In this document: positions 31,039-40,983 of the stretch, in pieces
Numbering within the stretch: the first letter of the stretch is position 1
Layout of the letters: each line of letters begins with the position of its first letter
Origin: a virus
Length of the DNA: 64,000 nt
Strand: one strand, 5' to 3'
IMG/VR virus record: IMGVR_UViG_3300042396_000450
Coordinates: 32,001-96,000 of that record
Made by a program: the position numbers and the translations under genes
Notes under the pieces: generated by a model
Told to the model about the DNA's origin: nothing
The model's database searches: none
What the model saw: the letters and a program-made list of their open reading frames with translations, nothing else

Positions 31039-31624
31039 CTTGCACTAATCCTCTCTTAATTCCTTCAGTAATACAATACTCAGTTATATAGCTGTATTCA
31101 GGTAACATCTCATCAATGTACACAGCTATCTTATTTCTAATTGATGAAGCACTAACTTGTTTCCACATCGGTGGAGCAGTACCATTAACTAGATGAGAAT
31201 AGACCAGCATACTACCAGCTAATTTATCAATAGCTTTAGCATACTTAGCTTCAATAGTTAACTGGTTCTTAAATTCATACCATAGATTAGAATACTCAGC
31301 TATGAGAGATGATTCAAGGTAAGAAAAAAGGTTGAGTGCCGCCAATTCCTCTTGAGTATCGTGTTCATCAGTATGGTCATCAAAGTTTACATCACCCGCA
31401 TTTATTTCACCTAGATCGTGTACTAGACATAACTTAATGATGTGCAGTAGTTGATCATTAGTTACTCGGTCATCTAGCATAGTTACACACATCATAACCA
31501 TAGTAAACGTATGTTCAGCTACATTCTCACGTCTACTACCAGTTACATTCATTATCTGACGTACTGTATCTACTGATGCGGCGGATTTGAGGATGAAGTC
31601 AATTGTCATAAGTTCCTTTAACAT
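31031..31624 (-). CDS. HD-domain hydrolase (YfbR-like 5'-deoxynucleotidase)
   Basis: RRENVAEHTF, LVHDLGE, EAKYAKAIDK. Confidence 0.85.
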   Translation of the reverse strand: MLKELMTIDFILKSAASVDTVRQIMNVTGSRRENVAEHTFTMVMMCVTMLDDRVTNDQLLHIIKLCLVHDLGEINAGDVNFDDHTDEHDTQEELAALNLFSYLESSLIAEYSNLWYEFKNQLTIEAKYAKAIDKLAGSMLVYSHLVNGTAPPMWKQVSASSIRNKIAVYIDEMLPEYSYITEYCITEGIKRGLVQDE

Positions 31625-31710
31625 TACTTGTTATTTCTAACTATTTATGTTTATAATGAAAAAGACAGCGAGTAAACTGTCTTATCATTTATATATTGAG
31701 TTGATTAACT

Positions 31711-32562
31711 ATGGACATTGTAACACCTGTTAAGTCTGATAATGGAATTACCTTTTATATTTCCAATGATGGTAAACAAACAGGAATTAGCATATCAGGA
31801 TTAGAACGGTTACTAGGGTTAAGTGAAAAGGGGAGTTTATTTTCTGGTAAGAATAAATTAATGGAAGATTGTCAAAATGGGACTCCCCGCGAAACAATAC
31901 CAGAATCTCTACAACCTATATGGGGTAAGGTTTTCAACACCTCCGCGCTAGGATCTGATAATGCAATGATTATCACTGAAGAAGCTGCTGTAACAATTAT
32001 TAGTTATTACGCAATTGAACGTAAAAATATAACAGCTACTAAGTCATTATTTCTTTTTGCTAAACAAGGTTTTAATTGTTGGGTTAAAGAAATTACACAT
32101 TTTACAGTAGAAGAACAAGACAATGAGATATTGCGTACTTTACGCAAACTAGATCAAAATTTAGAAATAGTTAAAACTAAAGTAGAAAAACTAGAACGTC
32201 TTGATGGTATTACTGTAACTTTATATCCAGGAGCTAAACATATTAATGATGGATTAGCATCAACTAATCAATTAATGCTAATAGATGATTGTCTTTATTC
32301 TGGTAAAGATTGGTTAACATCTAAAGGTGTTAAATTAACTAGAGGTGGTTATATTAGCTTTGGACATCTAGTAGCTCAAACCTATAAAACATTAACAGGT
32401 AAAAATCCTCAAATTAAATATGTTACTAAACCTCGCAAAAATAAACCTAATAAAACAGTTAAAGTTAAAGAAGGTTGGGGTTATCGTAATATTGACTTCT
32501 ATATAATGGAAGCAGCTTATGAGAAGTTTAAAGATAAGATGTTTCCTAATATAGAAGATTAA
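31711..32562 (+). CDS. Antirepressor-like DNA-binding protein (paralogue of 8470)
   Basis: Full-length similarity to 8470 (PESLQPIWGKVFN versus PKSLEPLAGKVFN). Confidence 0.65.
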   Translation: MDIVTPVKSDNGITFYISNDGKQTGISISGLERLLGLSEKGSLFSGKNKLMEDCQNGTPRETIPESLQPIWGKVFNTSALGSDNAMIITEEAAVTIISYYAIERKNITATKSLFLFAKQGFNCWVKEITHFTVEEQDNEILRTLRKLDQNLEIVKTKVEKLERLDGITVTLYPGAKHINDGLASTNQLMLIDDCLYSGKDWLTSKGVKLTRGGYISFGHLVAQTYKTLTGKNPQIKYVTKPRKNKPNKTVKVKEGWGYRNIDFYIMEAAYEKFKDKMFPNIED

Positions 32563-32572
32563 ATAACTTATT

Positions 32573-32599
32573 AAGAGGTGTTAATTACACCTCTTTTTT
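32573..32599 (+). terminator. Intrinsic terminator at a convergent junction
   Basis: AAGAGGTG-ttaatta-CACCTCTT then TTTT. Confidence 0.8.
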
Positions 32600-32603
32600 A
32601 TTG

Positions 32604-33272
32604 TTAGTTATTAAATAAGTAAACACATCTATCAGTACCAATCGCAACTTCTAGAACTTTATTATCTTCATAATCAGTTCTATTAGATATTGAACATATC
32701 TCCATGTTAGTTGCCGCATGAATTACATCAACTGTTCTAGTTGAATAACTTGGTAATCTATCACTATCTTCAGTTCTAGTTTCACCAAGTAACTTAGTTA
32801 ATATACGTTGTATTGATGGTATAACTAACGTTGAATAATCCATCTTAGTATTAGATGAATAGATAATTTGAAACTCAAGTTGATAGAACTCTTTAAGTCT
32901 CATATTACTAACTGTTTTATCTTGTTCAATTCTAAATGACTTACCATGTTGCCATACAACTAGAGGTAATCTAACCTTACGTTTATTATGTGGATTTAAT
33001 AAGTGTTCTGCATAGACATAACTACCCATTGTAGTTTCTGGACGTAGAGTTAAGTCATCTAATTGAAATACATCATCGCTAGTATAGTTAGCGTTAATTA
33101 AATTAGATGGAGTTAATAATGGTGCTTCAACTTGAATTAACTCAAATGCACTATTGGCGGATTTAAGTGTTGTAGTTAACTCACTTACAATTAGATTTTT
33201 AATACTATCGCGTAATAGTATCTCTTCTTGTGACCAGAACATTAAACCATTGACATTATATAGATTCTGCAT
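32604..33272 (-). CDS. Stand-alone class II aminoacyl-tRNA synthetase catalytic core (GlyRS-like)
   Basis: LRPETT, motif 2 QHGKSFRIE...RLKEFYQLEFQ, EICSIS.R, motif 3 EVAIGTDR. No anticodon-binding domain. Confidence 0.8.
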   Translation of the reverse strand: MQNLYNVNGLMFWSQEEILLRDSIKNLIVSELTTTLKSANSAFELIQVEAPLLTPSNLINANYTSDDVFQLDDLTLRPETTMGSYVYAEHLLNPHNKRKVRLPLVVWQHGKSFRIEQDKTVSNMRLKEFYQLEFQIIYSSNTKMDYSTLVIPSIQRILTKLLGETRTEDSDRLPSYSTRTVDVIHAATNMEICSISNRTDYEDNKVLEVAIGTDRCVYLFNN

Positions 33273-33273
33273 A

Positions 33274-33663
33274 TTAATTCTGTATTAACTCTACTAACTG
33301 ATGGAAATAACTAACACATTCATCTAGTCCCGCACTATGACCTAACTCATAACACTTACCCCACAGTTGACGTGATTTAGTGTCATCTTCTAATCCATAT
33401 TGAGTTAGTAATTCAATATAAGCTAACTTTTCTTTATCAATTAATGTAGGTATATTAAGTTCGCGCATTTCAAATACACTAGTTTTTCTTACCTGTTTAT
33501 CTTTATCAAATAACCATTCAACACGAACAAACTCTTTATCTGCTATTAATACATCTGCTTCTACAACATTGTATTTTTCATAGCGAGTAATCTGTTCAGC
33601 GTTCAATTCAATTTGATATAGTTTACCTTCGTATTCAAATGTTAAGTTCATATAATTCTCCAA
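33274..33663 (-). CDS. Hypothetical protein
   Basis: 129 aa, with a C-terminal YELGHSAG motif. Confidence 0.55.
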   Translation of the reverse strand: MENYMNLTFEYEGKLYQIELNAEQITRYEKYNVVEADVLIADKEFVRVEWLFDKDKQVRKTSVFEMRELNIPTLIDKEKLAYIELLTQYGLEDDTKSRQLWGKCYELGHSAGLDECVSYFHQLVELIQN

Positions 33664-33709
33664 TTGTGTAAGGTGGCAACAACTATTATGTTATTAACCA
33701 CCTGATTGT

Positions 33710-34363
33710 TTATTTGACTATTTGACCTTGCCAGTATTCTTGACTATCGTAATCACCAGATAACAGTGATTCCATTCTAGTAGTTAACCAGATAAATGTA
33801 GATAATCTATTAAGGAAACCGCTGTAAGCGTTAATTGCAATAATAACTTGTTGTGCATGAATTGGATCATCAACTAACAACTCCATTAAATTATTAACTA
33901 CTAACTCATGATTACGCCACGTAGTGAATGCACGTTCTACATCACGTATTCTAATTCTAATTGCATCTAACTTAATGTATTTAATCTTATTGTGAATAAT
34001 GAAATCAGATGCTTCTCCTATTTGTTTATCTAACTTAAGTTCATTAACTAACGATTCTAATTCATCATTAAATTCAATAGATAAGTTGTGTTTAGTAGAA
34101 TCACCTTTCATAAAACAGAAACTACTAATACTAAAGCTATTAACTTTAAGCCAGTTGAGTTGTTCAAGTAGCTTATTGTATTTAATATCAAAGGTATTTA
34201 ATACTTCAGTTATTAAATTATTAAGATGTTCAATTTCACTGTAGATTAAACAACTTGGATCATCTTTACGAACAATATGACCATTCATTAAAGGAGATAA
34301 ACCACGATCTCCATGTCCGTTTTTATATGTGGCAGTTATACGTTTATTCATCTTATCGGACAA
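33710..34363 (-). CDS. PduO-type ATP:cob(I)alamin adenosyltransferase-like protein
   Basis: GDRGLSPLMNG..VRKDD, EIEHLN, RIRIRDVER and LNRLS match PduO motifs. Adjacent to the class II RNR. Confidence 0.7.
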   Translation of the reverse strand: MSDKMNKRITATYKNGHGDRGLSPLMNGHIVRKDDPSCLIYSEIEHLNNLITEVLNTFDIKYNKLLEQLNWLKVNSFSISSFCFMKGDSTKHNLSIEFNDELESLVNELKLDKQIGEASDFIIHNKIKYIKLDAIRIRIRDVERAFTTWRNHELVVNNLMELLVDDPIHAQQVIIAINAYSGFLNRLSTFIWLTTRMESLLSGDYDSQEYWQGQIVK

Positions 34364-36552
34364 GCTCCTGTTGAACAGCTACTATCTAACGATTGTTCTT
34401 CATACTTATTCTCAATTTTAGCTAATATTTCGATTAACTCTGTTTCAGTTAACTTAACATTAAATAGATTGTGATATTCGTATTCTGTAATTGGTTCATA
34501 CGGCATTAATGGATATGATGCTTTACCATCGCTAATTGGATCAAATCTAGGTAGAAATGAAACACCTATAATGTCATTCCAATTATCATTTATCCAATTT
34601 GCGGCAATATCATATTCATCTGGAGCTAATGTAATAGTAGCTGATATGTTATGACCTCTATCAGCATAATTAACTTGAGCTAACTTATATCGTTCTAATT
34701 GATCTATGGCAGATTCATCAATAGCTCTAATTGTGGTATTAGTTTTAATTGGGAATGTAAAAACCCAAGTAGTACATTCACTGGCAAATAAACTATCACC
34801 TTGATTGTTTTCAGGAACTGGAGTTAATCCTAGATTTAATAATACTCTAGCTAGTGGATCTGTTTTACTAAATCTAACTCGACGTAAGTAATAAGGTGAA
34901 TATGCTCTATGAATACCCGATGAAACAGTAGGTAATTGACTAATAGTACCTTCAGGTTTCATTAACGTAACTCTAGTGCTTCTATTAATACCAAGATAAT
35001 TATGATATTCATTTGCAGCATTAATAGCTATTAGTTTAACCCATTTAAAATAGTATTCTTGTTGTTCTGTATCCCATTCTAGTAGATCAAAAGCATCCAT
35101 TAAACCAGTCATAGATACACCAAGTAATCTATCTCTCTTCTGAAGTTCATCCCATCTTGGATGCCACTGTGTAGCAGTAGTTTGACGTGAACCAATTCTA
35201 GTAATAAGTTCAATTGTTTTCTTACCTAATTCCCAATTATATTCCCATTTCTTAGTTTTCTTATTAAAATATACGTGAGCTTTAACGTTCTTAGTTGTGA
35301 GATTACATGACTGTCCATCGTCTAAACCCGCTTCGGCACAAGGATTTGTTCCAGCGATAGGTGATTCTGCTAATAAGTTCGCATTACCTATAATCCAGAA
35401 TCCAGGTTCTCCATTTGATTTAATTGATGTCATTACATCTTTAATTTTATCTAATCCAGGATTCTCGTAAAACAATATAGAGTTGTTTGACATTGATCTA
35501 ATAGCTCTATACTGAACTTTATCTGGATCATCATATAGGTTCAACTTAGCTGTAATAAAATTATTATCATTAGCATCACCTAATCCAATTTCAGCAGTTC
35601 TACGAACGCCACCTGACACTACGTTTAATCCAATTGAATTAGCTATATCAAGTACACCAACTGAATCTAATACACCATTACAACGTTTAATAATCATTAA
35701 TATGTTATTAAACATCTCCAATAGAGCTTTATGTCCACTAGCTCTACCACCAAATGTTTTAATTAACGTTCCTTCAGGACGAATTAAATTGTAATTAAAC
35801 GTAATCGTCTTAATATTAGAATAAGTTAATAAGTGTAAGAAACAACGTAGAGCATTACACCAATCTTCTTTACTATCACCAATAGTTAACTTAGCGTTAG
35901 TGTAAGTAGATAAATCTTCATTAATAAAGTTATCATCATCATTAATAATAGATTTAGGACTTAAATAAATGTAATTAGGATTAATATCATCTTTAGTTAA
36001 TACTAAATGACTTCCATCTTCATCATCTTTTAAATAAAAGTAATCATCATGTTTAATTGTAATATCAGGATTAAACTTAGGTAATTTACTAATGTATTTA
36101 TTTTCAACACTAAATCCAGTTCCTGCTCCAATTAATAACCAATAGAAGATTTCACTAAATGCACTTAAATTATCAATTACTTTAAATGTACAATTCCAAC
36201 TACTACTAGGATCTTTAGTTGTTTGAGGTGTTCCCGCAGTCCATAATGATCTACCACTTGGAAACCCTCGCATATTAAACATCATCTCAAATAAAGATTC
36301 TGCTTCTTTTTTCTTACTATCATCAGATGAAATATTATCTAATGATAATGAGTATTCAATATTACGAAGAATTGTTTCACACCATTTCTCACGTCTATTT
36401 AATTCTTTAATAAATCTACTGTAAGTGCGTAAGAAAACAGGTAATCCTAGTTCACCAAAGGGAGGTTCTAATAAAATGTATTTAGAATAAAAATCCCAAG
36501 TAATATATTGGGGCGCAATCAAATTGTAGTAGTCTTTGGTATTAATTGTCAT
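34348..36552 (-). CDS. nrdJ: Adenosylcobalamin-dependent (class II) ribonucleotide reductase
   Basis: RTYSR, GRSLW, NC.F, VVSGGVRRTAEI, TNPCAE, CNL, KPEGTISQL, and the C-terminal redox pair CSTGACPIR. Confidence 0.92.
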   Translation of the reverse strand: MTINTKDYYNLIAPQYITWDFYSKYILLEPPFGELGLPVFLRTYSRFIKELNRREKWCETILRNIEYSLSLDNISSDDSKKKEAESLFEMMFNMRGFPSGRSLWTAGTPQTTKDPSSSWNCTFKVIDNLSAFSEIFYWLLIGAGTGFSVENKYISKLPKFNPDITIKHDDYFYLKDDEDGSHLVLTKDDINPNYIYLSPKSIINDDDNFINEDLSTYTNAKLTIGDSKEDWCNALRCFLHLLTYSNIKTITFNYNLIRPEGTLIKTFGGRASGHKALLEMFNNILMIIKRCNGVLDSVGVLDIANSIGLNVVSGGVRRTAEIGLGDANDNNFITAKLNLYDDPDKVQYRAIRSMSNNSILFYENPGLDKIKDVMTSIKSNGEPGFWIIGNANLLAESPIAGTNPCAEAGLDDGQSCNLTTKNVKAHVYFNKKTKKWEYNWELGKKTIELITRIGSRQTTATQWHPRWDELQKRDRLLGVSMTGLMDAFDLLEWDTEQQEYYFKWVKLIAINAANEYHNYLGINRSTRVTLMKPEGTISQLPTVSSGIHRAYSPYYLRRVRFSKTDPLARVLLNLGLTPVPENNQGDSLFASECTTWVFTFPIKTNTTIRAIDESAIDQLERYKLAQVNYADRGHNISATITLAPDEYDIAANWINDNWNDIIGVSFLPRFDPISDGKASYPLMPYEPITEYEYHNLFNVKLTETELIEILAKIENKYEEQSLDSSCSTGACPIR

Positions 36553-36558
36553 AGTTAT

Positions 36559-36783
36559 TTAATCTTCAGTTGTTTCAATTACAATAGCTTCTTTCAATTT
36601 AATTAATTCAGCAATCAATTTATCTTGAGATTCACATTCAATAAACTCTTCTTTCCAATTTCTTATACGTTTAATTACGAAGAAATCTTTACTAATAGCA
36701 ATGATACTTATCCATCCATTAGTAATTAGTAAGTTAACTTCTTCTAGTAATTCTAATGCTTTATCTAACATGATTAATTCCAT
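36559..36783 (-). CDS. Hypothetical protein
   Basis: 74-aa ORF within the operon. Confidence 0.5.
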   Translation of the reverse strand: MELIMLDKALELLEEVNLLITNGWISIIAISKDFFVIKRIRNWKEEFIECESQDKLIAELIKLKEAIVIETTED

Positions 36784-37556
36784 CCAAATATGTATTCAAT
36801 AGCTAACTTAATTAATGGTATGTGTTTAGCAGTATACAATGAATTACCATTAAGTTTAAATAGTGGTTGTTGTTGTGATAGATTAAGCCACGCTGATACG
36901 AGTTGTCCCGCTCTTATACGTTGACCTTTATCTAAGTTAATTGCATGATCAAGTAAGTAATCCTTCAATATAAATGATTCTGTAGTTTCCTCAATTAACT
37001 GAAACTCTTGTAATGCTTTATCTAAACCAGGATATAGATTTAATACTTCCTGTAGCGCATTATGTTGATTATTTAATTGAGTTATTTGTTCATCTTTAAC
37101 TACATTACTTTCAATTAGATATTTAACTTGATCAGAATAATCAGTTTTAATTTGAGTTACTGATTTAGTTAATTCAGCTATTGCAGATAATAACACATCT
37201 TTAGTATCTGAAACATAATACCCTTGTTTTCTTACACTAGGAAGAATCACCTCAGCTACATAATTTGTAAATGCTTCAGCTTCAGGTTTATTACTACGGA
37301 ATGCAATTTTATAAACACCAGGTTCATTTATTAACCAAGTGTTATTAGGTATTTGTACTAGGCCAGAAGTTTCCTGAGATGATACATCATCATACTGAGC
37401 CTTCCATACGTCACTAATTTTATCTAATGATTGAGAACCTGTCCATGCAATATCTAATGCCTTGAACACATCAGCAGCTACAAACCAGGGATTGCTATCA
37501 ATCTCAACTACTCTAACTTGATTATATTGAAAATTAAACAACTGTAATTCTGACAT
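36774..37556 (-). CDS. BRO-N domain antirepressor-like protein
   Basis: FNFQYNQVRVV...PWFVAADV, INEPGVY...SNKPEAEAF...EVILPSVRKQGYY. Confidence 0.88.
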   Translation of the reverse strand: MSELQLFNFQYNQVRVVEIDSNPWFVAADVFKALDIAWTGSQSLDKISDVWKAQYDDVSSQETSGLVQIPNNTWLINEPGVYKIAFRSNKPEAEAFTNYVAEVILPSVRKQGYYVSDTKDVLLSAIAELTKSVTQIKTDYSDQVKYLIESNVVKDEQITQLNNQHNALQEVLNLYPGLDKALQEFQLIEETTESFILKDYLLDHAINLDKGQRIRAGQLVSAWLNLSQQQPLFKLNGNSLYTAKHIPLIKLAIEYIFGWN

Positions 37557-37630
37557 AAATAAAATCTCTGTAAGGTAAGAAAAAAAGGATTTAGTATTTA
37601 AATTATTATTGATTTCATGTATAAAACATA

Positions 37631-37912
37631 TTATTCACTTAACTTCTTATCTAATTTATTTAACTTACTATCAATAACTACTTCTAAATCATCATTAGTT
37701 ATTTCAAGCATCATCATTAACTGATTAAGCATTATCATTACATCAGCTAATTCATTTTTAACTTCATAAATGTCAAATTTACCATAACGTAAATGTTGTA
37801 CTTCTAATGATAACTCAGTTAACTCTTCTACTACTTTAATTAACTGTACATCATTACCCCATTTATCTAATGCTTGTTTACATAGAGATAACATTCTTTC
37901 TTTAACATCCAT
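37631..37912 (-). CDS. MazG-like nucleotide pyrophosphohydrolase
   Basis: QLIKVVEELTEL...ELADVMIM. Confidence 0.78.
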   Translation of the reverse strand: MDVKERMLSLCKQALDKWGNDVQLIKVVEELTELSLEVQHLRYGKFDIYEVKNELADVMIMLNQLMMMLEITNDDLEVVIDSKLNKLDKKLSE

Positions 37913-37970
37913 AATTAATGAACTCCAATTAAGGTAATAGAGTCAGGATTTAACTGACTCTTAAACTAAG

Positions 37971-38267
37971 TTATTTAAACAACACTAACTTAACTAAACT
38001 AAACCAGTTCAAGTAGTATCTATACTTAAACTTAGTATCTGTAGCATTAAGTAACTTAACTAAGTTAAATCCAGTTAAATGAAACTCAATTAACTCACGT
38101 CTAGTTAACTCATTAATAAGTAGATAACTTAACTTGAAGTTAACTAACTTATGTAATAACTCACTATTATTAGTTAATGAATATCTAACATTCTAATCAA
38201 CGTTATTACCATCACTATCATAGAATAGTGTTGTTGAATTAATGGCGGGATTAAGTGTAACTATCAT
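37971..38267 (-). pseudogene. 98-codon gene interrupted by one TAG
   Basis: ATG 38267 is coupled to the upstream stop. In-frame TAG at 38193-38195. The frame stays open to TAA 37971. Confidence 0.55.
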
Positions 38268-38578
38268 ACGCTTGTAATATCTCCAGTTTCTAAATCAATG
38301 TAATAAAAGTCATTATTAGTTTGATTGTTAATTAAGTATTTGTCTACCGCATCATTAATGTAAACATCATTAACAGTTATACCAACATATTCATCTAAAA
38401 CTAAGTTATCTGGATTACCCAAATACATCCATTTAAGAATCTGATTAAATAGATTAACTGTAAAATCTATGTCGGTTGTACATTTATCATGCCATTGTTT
38501 TCTTACATAAATTTCACGTAATACATATTTAGGTGTTTCTGGATATATCGTCCTATTAAACTTAAAACCTATTTTCAT
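38264..38578 (-). CDS. Hypothetical protein
   Basis: 104-aa ORF. Confidence 0.55.
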   Translation of the reverse strand: MKIGFKFNRTIYPETPKYVLREIYVRKQWHDKCTTDIDFTVNLFNQILKWMYLGNPDNLVLDEYVGITVNDVYINDAVDKYLINNQTNNDFYYIDLETGDITSV

Positions 38579-38614
38579 AATAACAGAGCTAGGGATTTCC
38601 TAGCTCACTAAGTT

Positions 38615-39196
38615 CTACATTACTGATTTAATTGCAGCTACAATATAAGCTACATCATTATCAGCATAGCGATATCTTTTATCATAAACCTTATTACCTT
38701 TAATGGGTGATCTACCTTTGCTGACGCGATACACAGTTGCAGTACGTCTTGTAACTTGATTAACTTGTAATTGAGTTAGCGCGAACCCATTATCACGAAT
38801 ATAGTCTTGTGCAGTTACTGGATCATGAGTTATGTTAGCATCAGTTATTTCAGTGATTCCAGGATGCTCATAGCTTGCGCCATCATAACTAGTTAAAGGT
38901 AATTCACGTTTAACTCTAAATGATTCTACAATTAATGTATTAACTTCATTCTTATTCTGACGTTTAGTTAACCCAGTTAATAGTACAGCTTGTTGTTTAT
39001 TGAATAAATAGTAGATGTTACCACCCTTACCTGTACTCTGTTTAGCTATAGTTACTTTACTTAATTCACCATAGAACTCAAACTTAGTTAAGTTAACTCT
39101 AACTAACTTACGAACATGATCATGAGTAATATTAAGTGTGTTAGCTAGAACACGACTATCTACAGTTAGAATACCATTGTTATTAACTAGTTGCAT
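38615..39196 (-). CDS. Rha-family phage regulatory protein
   Basis: LTVDSRVLA..L...H..V..L, YYLFNKQQA.LL. Confidence 0.72.
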   Translation of the reverse strand: MQLVNNNGILTVDSRVLANTLNITHDHVRKLVRVNLTKFEFYGELSKVTIAKQSTGKGGNIYYLFNKQQAVLLTGLTKRQNKNEVNTLIVESFRVKRELPLTSYDGASYEHPGITEITDANITHDPVTAQDYIRDNGFALTQLQVNQVTRRTATVYRVSKGRSPIKGNKVYDKRYRYADNDVAYIVAAIKSVM

Positions 39197-39293
39197 AACT
39201 CTAAATTTCTTAAGTGACTTTAATTGACGTTAGTTATTGATGTTAGTTAAGTTAGTTTAGTGACATAACTTAGGTCGTGGTAACTAAATACTA

Positions 39294-39518
39294 TTAGTGA
39301 TCTTTGTTCATCCAATAGTTATCATCTTTCTGGATCATAAAGAACTCATTTATAAGTACCATTTTACCGCTACTTACATCGTATACCCTAATGAAATCAT
39401 AGTCGTCACTATAATTATCTATTTAATCTTGTATTAAATGAAAGTCATTAGTGATGAACTTTAAACCACTTGTCGCACCAGGAGAATACTGATTGTAAGC
39501 AAATAATAAATATTGCAT
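39294..39518 (-). pseudogene. 74-codon gene interrupted by one TAA
   Basis: MQYLLFAYNQYSPG...LIQD*IDNYSDDYDFIRVYD..., with the stop at 39423-39425. Confidence 0.55.
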
Positions 39519-39546
39519 AATTATTTCACCATTTTTCTTACCTTAA

Positions 39547-40983
39547 TTAATCGTTTTCAAATTCAACAGTTAAATTATCTTCATCGTCTATTAAACTATT
39601 TAAGTCATCAGCAGCATCTCCAGTTACTGTACTAACTACAGTACCATCTTCTTCAACAATATTAATAGTTACGTTCATATCGTTAATTAATCCTATCTTA
39701 GTTATTTCACGTATTGTTCGATTGATGTAGTGATCATAATTAATGTTGTGGTCATCAGCATCATAATAATCATTGAACAATGTTACTACATTACCACTAG
39801 CATATACAACTTCTTTCTCACCTTGATACTCGATTGTCTCATATACAGCAGGTATATTAACTCTATCGGATACCTTAGTTGTGAAGTTCTTCATACGACC
39901 ACTAGCGGGATTAATGCGTCGTTCTGTCTCATATACAGCAGGAATTATGATGCGTTCACTAACTAATCTCTTCTCCCTCTTAGTACCTATAGTGACCTTC
40001 TTGAGTATGATATCGCGTCCAGTAGGATTACTCACAAAGAATCTGAGTGTCTTCTGTAACTCAGTTCGTTCAGTTACTAATCCATCTTCAATTAGATAGG
40101 AGTAATTAGTAAACTGACTACCTACTTTCTGACTAATACAGAAGTCATATATGTCCTTGTGACCTCGAATAAAGTCATTTGGATGTATTCCTTCTAAATA
40201 ATATTTCTGCAAGGCTAGAGCTACAATTGGAGCATCAAAGCCCTTAAGAATACCGTTAATTGGAAGATACTTACCATTACTGCTAGGTAAATCGTAAGAA
40301 AAAAGAGGTTCAAGTGTTGCTCCCTGTGGAACGAAACTACCCTTAATCTTAACTGTACCGTCAGTTTTACGCGCTAAATAATTATTGACATCTCGGCGTA
40401 CATATAAATCATACTCAGCATATTTAAAAGTAAACTTAGTTTCAGTTTCCCATTCCTCAATAATTGACTTAACTGAATCTACTTCTAACTTATGGATGTA
40501 CAACAATATACCATCTGTATTAACAGATATGATATTGTGGTTAGCTAAATGTAACCGTTCTATTATCTGTAATAGAAATAGTTGATTGTTAACAGTTGTT
40601 TTGTAAGTACATAACAAATCACTTAAAAGGAAATTAGCGTATCCAAACAAACCAAAACACGAATTGAGCGATATCTTGAGTCCGTACTCTAATGCAGCAT
40701 ATATTACACTTTCTTTCTTACGTTTATTATATGCCTTACGATCATTAAGTGCATCAAGTAATGTCTCAATAAATAATTCTAAATCTAAGTGTTCTGGTGC
40801 AATACCGTAGTTAATAATAGCTGATGGGTAAAATGAGAAGATATCCGCATCTAATAATACGTAGTCGTTTTCAGCTTTGAATATCCCTGGTTTATCAACA
40901 CTATGTAAACCTCCAAGCCCAAGTTGGATTGTTAAATCACCTATTGTTACGGGTGGTAATTTAAGATCAAAGTTTTTACTCAT
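39547..40983 (-). CDS. Family B DNA polymerase, polymerase half
   Basis: GLGGLHS, DIFSFYP, KISLNSCFG, NTDG, DVNNY, KIKG. Confidence 0.88.
   Translation of the reverse strand: MSKNFDLKLPPVTIGDLTIQLGLGGLHSVDKPGIFKAENDYVLLDADIFSFYPSAIINYGIAPEHLDLELFIETLLDALNDRKAYNKRKKESVIYAALEYGLKISLNSCFGLFGYANFLLSDLLCTYKTTVNNQLFLLQIIERLHLANHNIISVNTDGILLYIHKLEVDSVKSIIEEWETETKFTFKYAEYDLYVRRDVNNYLARKTDGTVKIKGSFVPQGATLEPLFSYDLPSSNGKYLPINGILKGFDAPIVALALQKYYLEGIHPNDFIRGHKDIYDFCISQKVGSQFTNYSYLIEDGLVTERTELQKTLRFFVSNPTGRDIILKKVTIGTKREKRLVSERIIIPAVYETERRINPASGRMKNFTTKVSDRVNIPAVYETIEYQGEKEVVYASGNVVTLFNDYYDADDHNINYDHYINRTIREITKIGLINDMNVTINIVEEDGTVVSTVTGDAADDLNSLIDDEDNLTVEFEND

Noticed and set aside
34348-36552. Intron or intein in nrdJ, thyA or the polymerase
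   Set aside because: The reading frames are continuous, with no intein terminal motifs or homing endonuclease signatures noticed.
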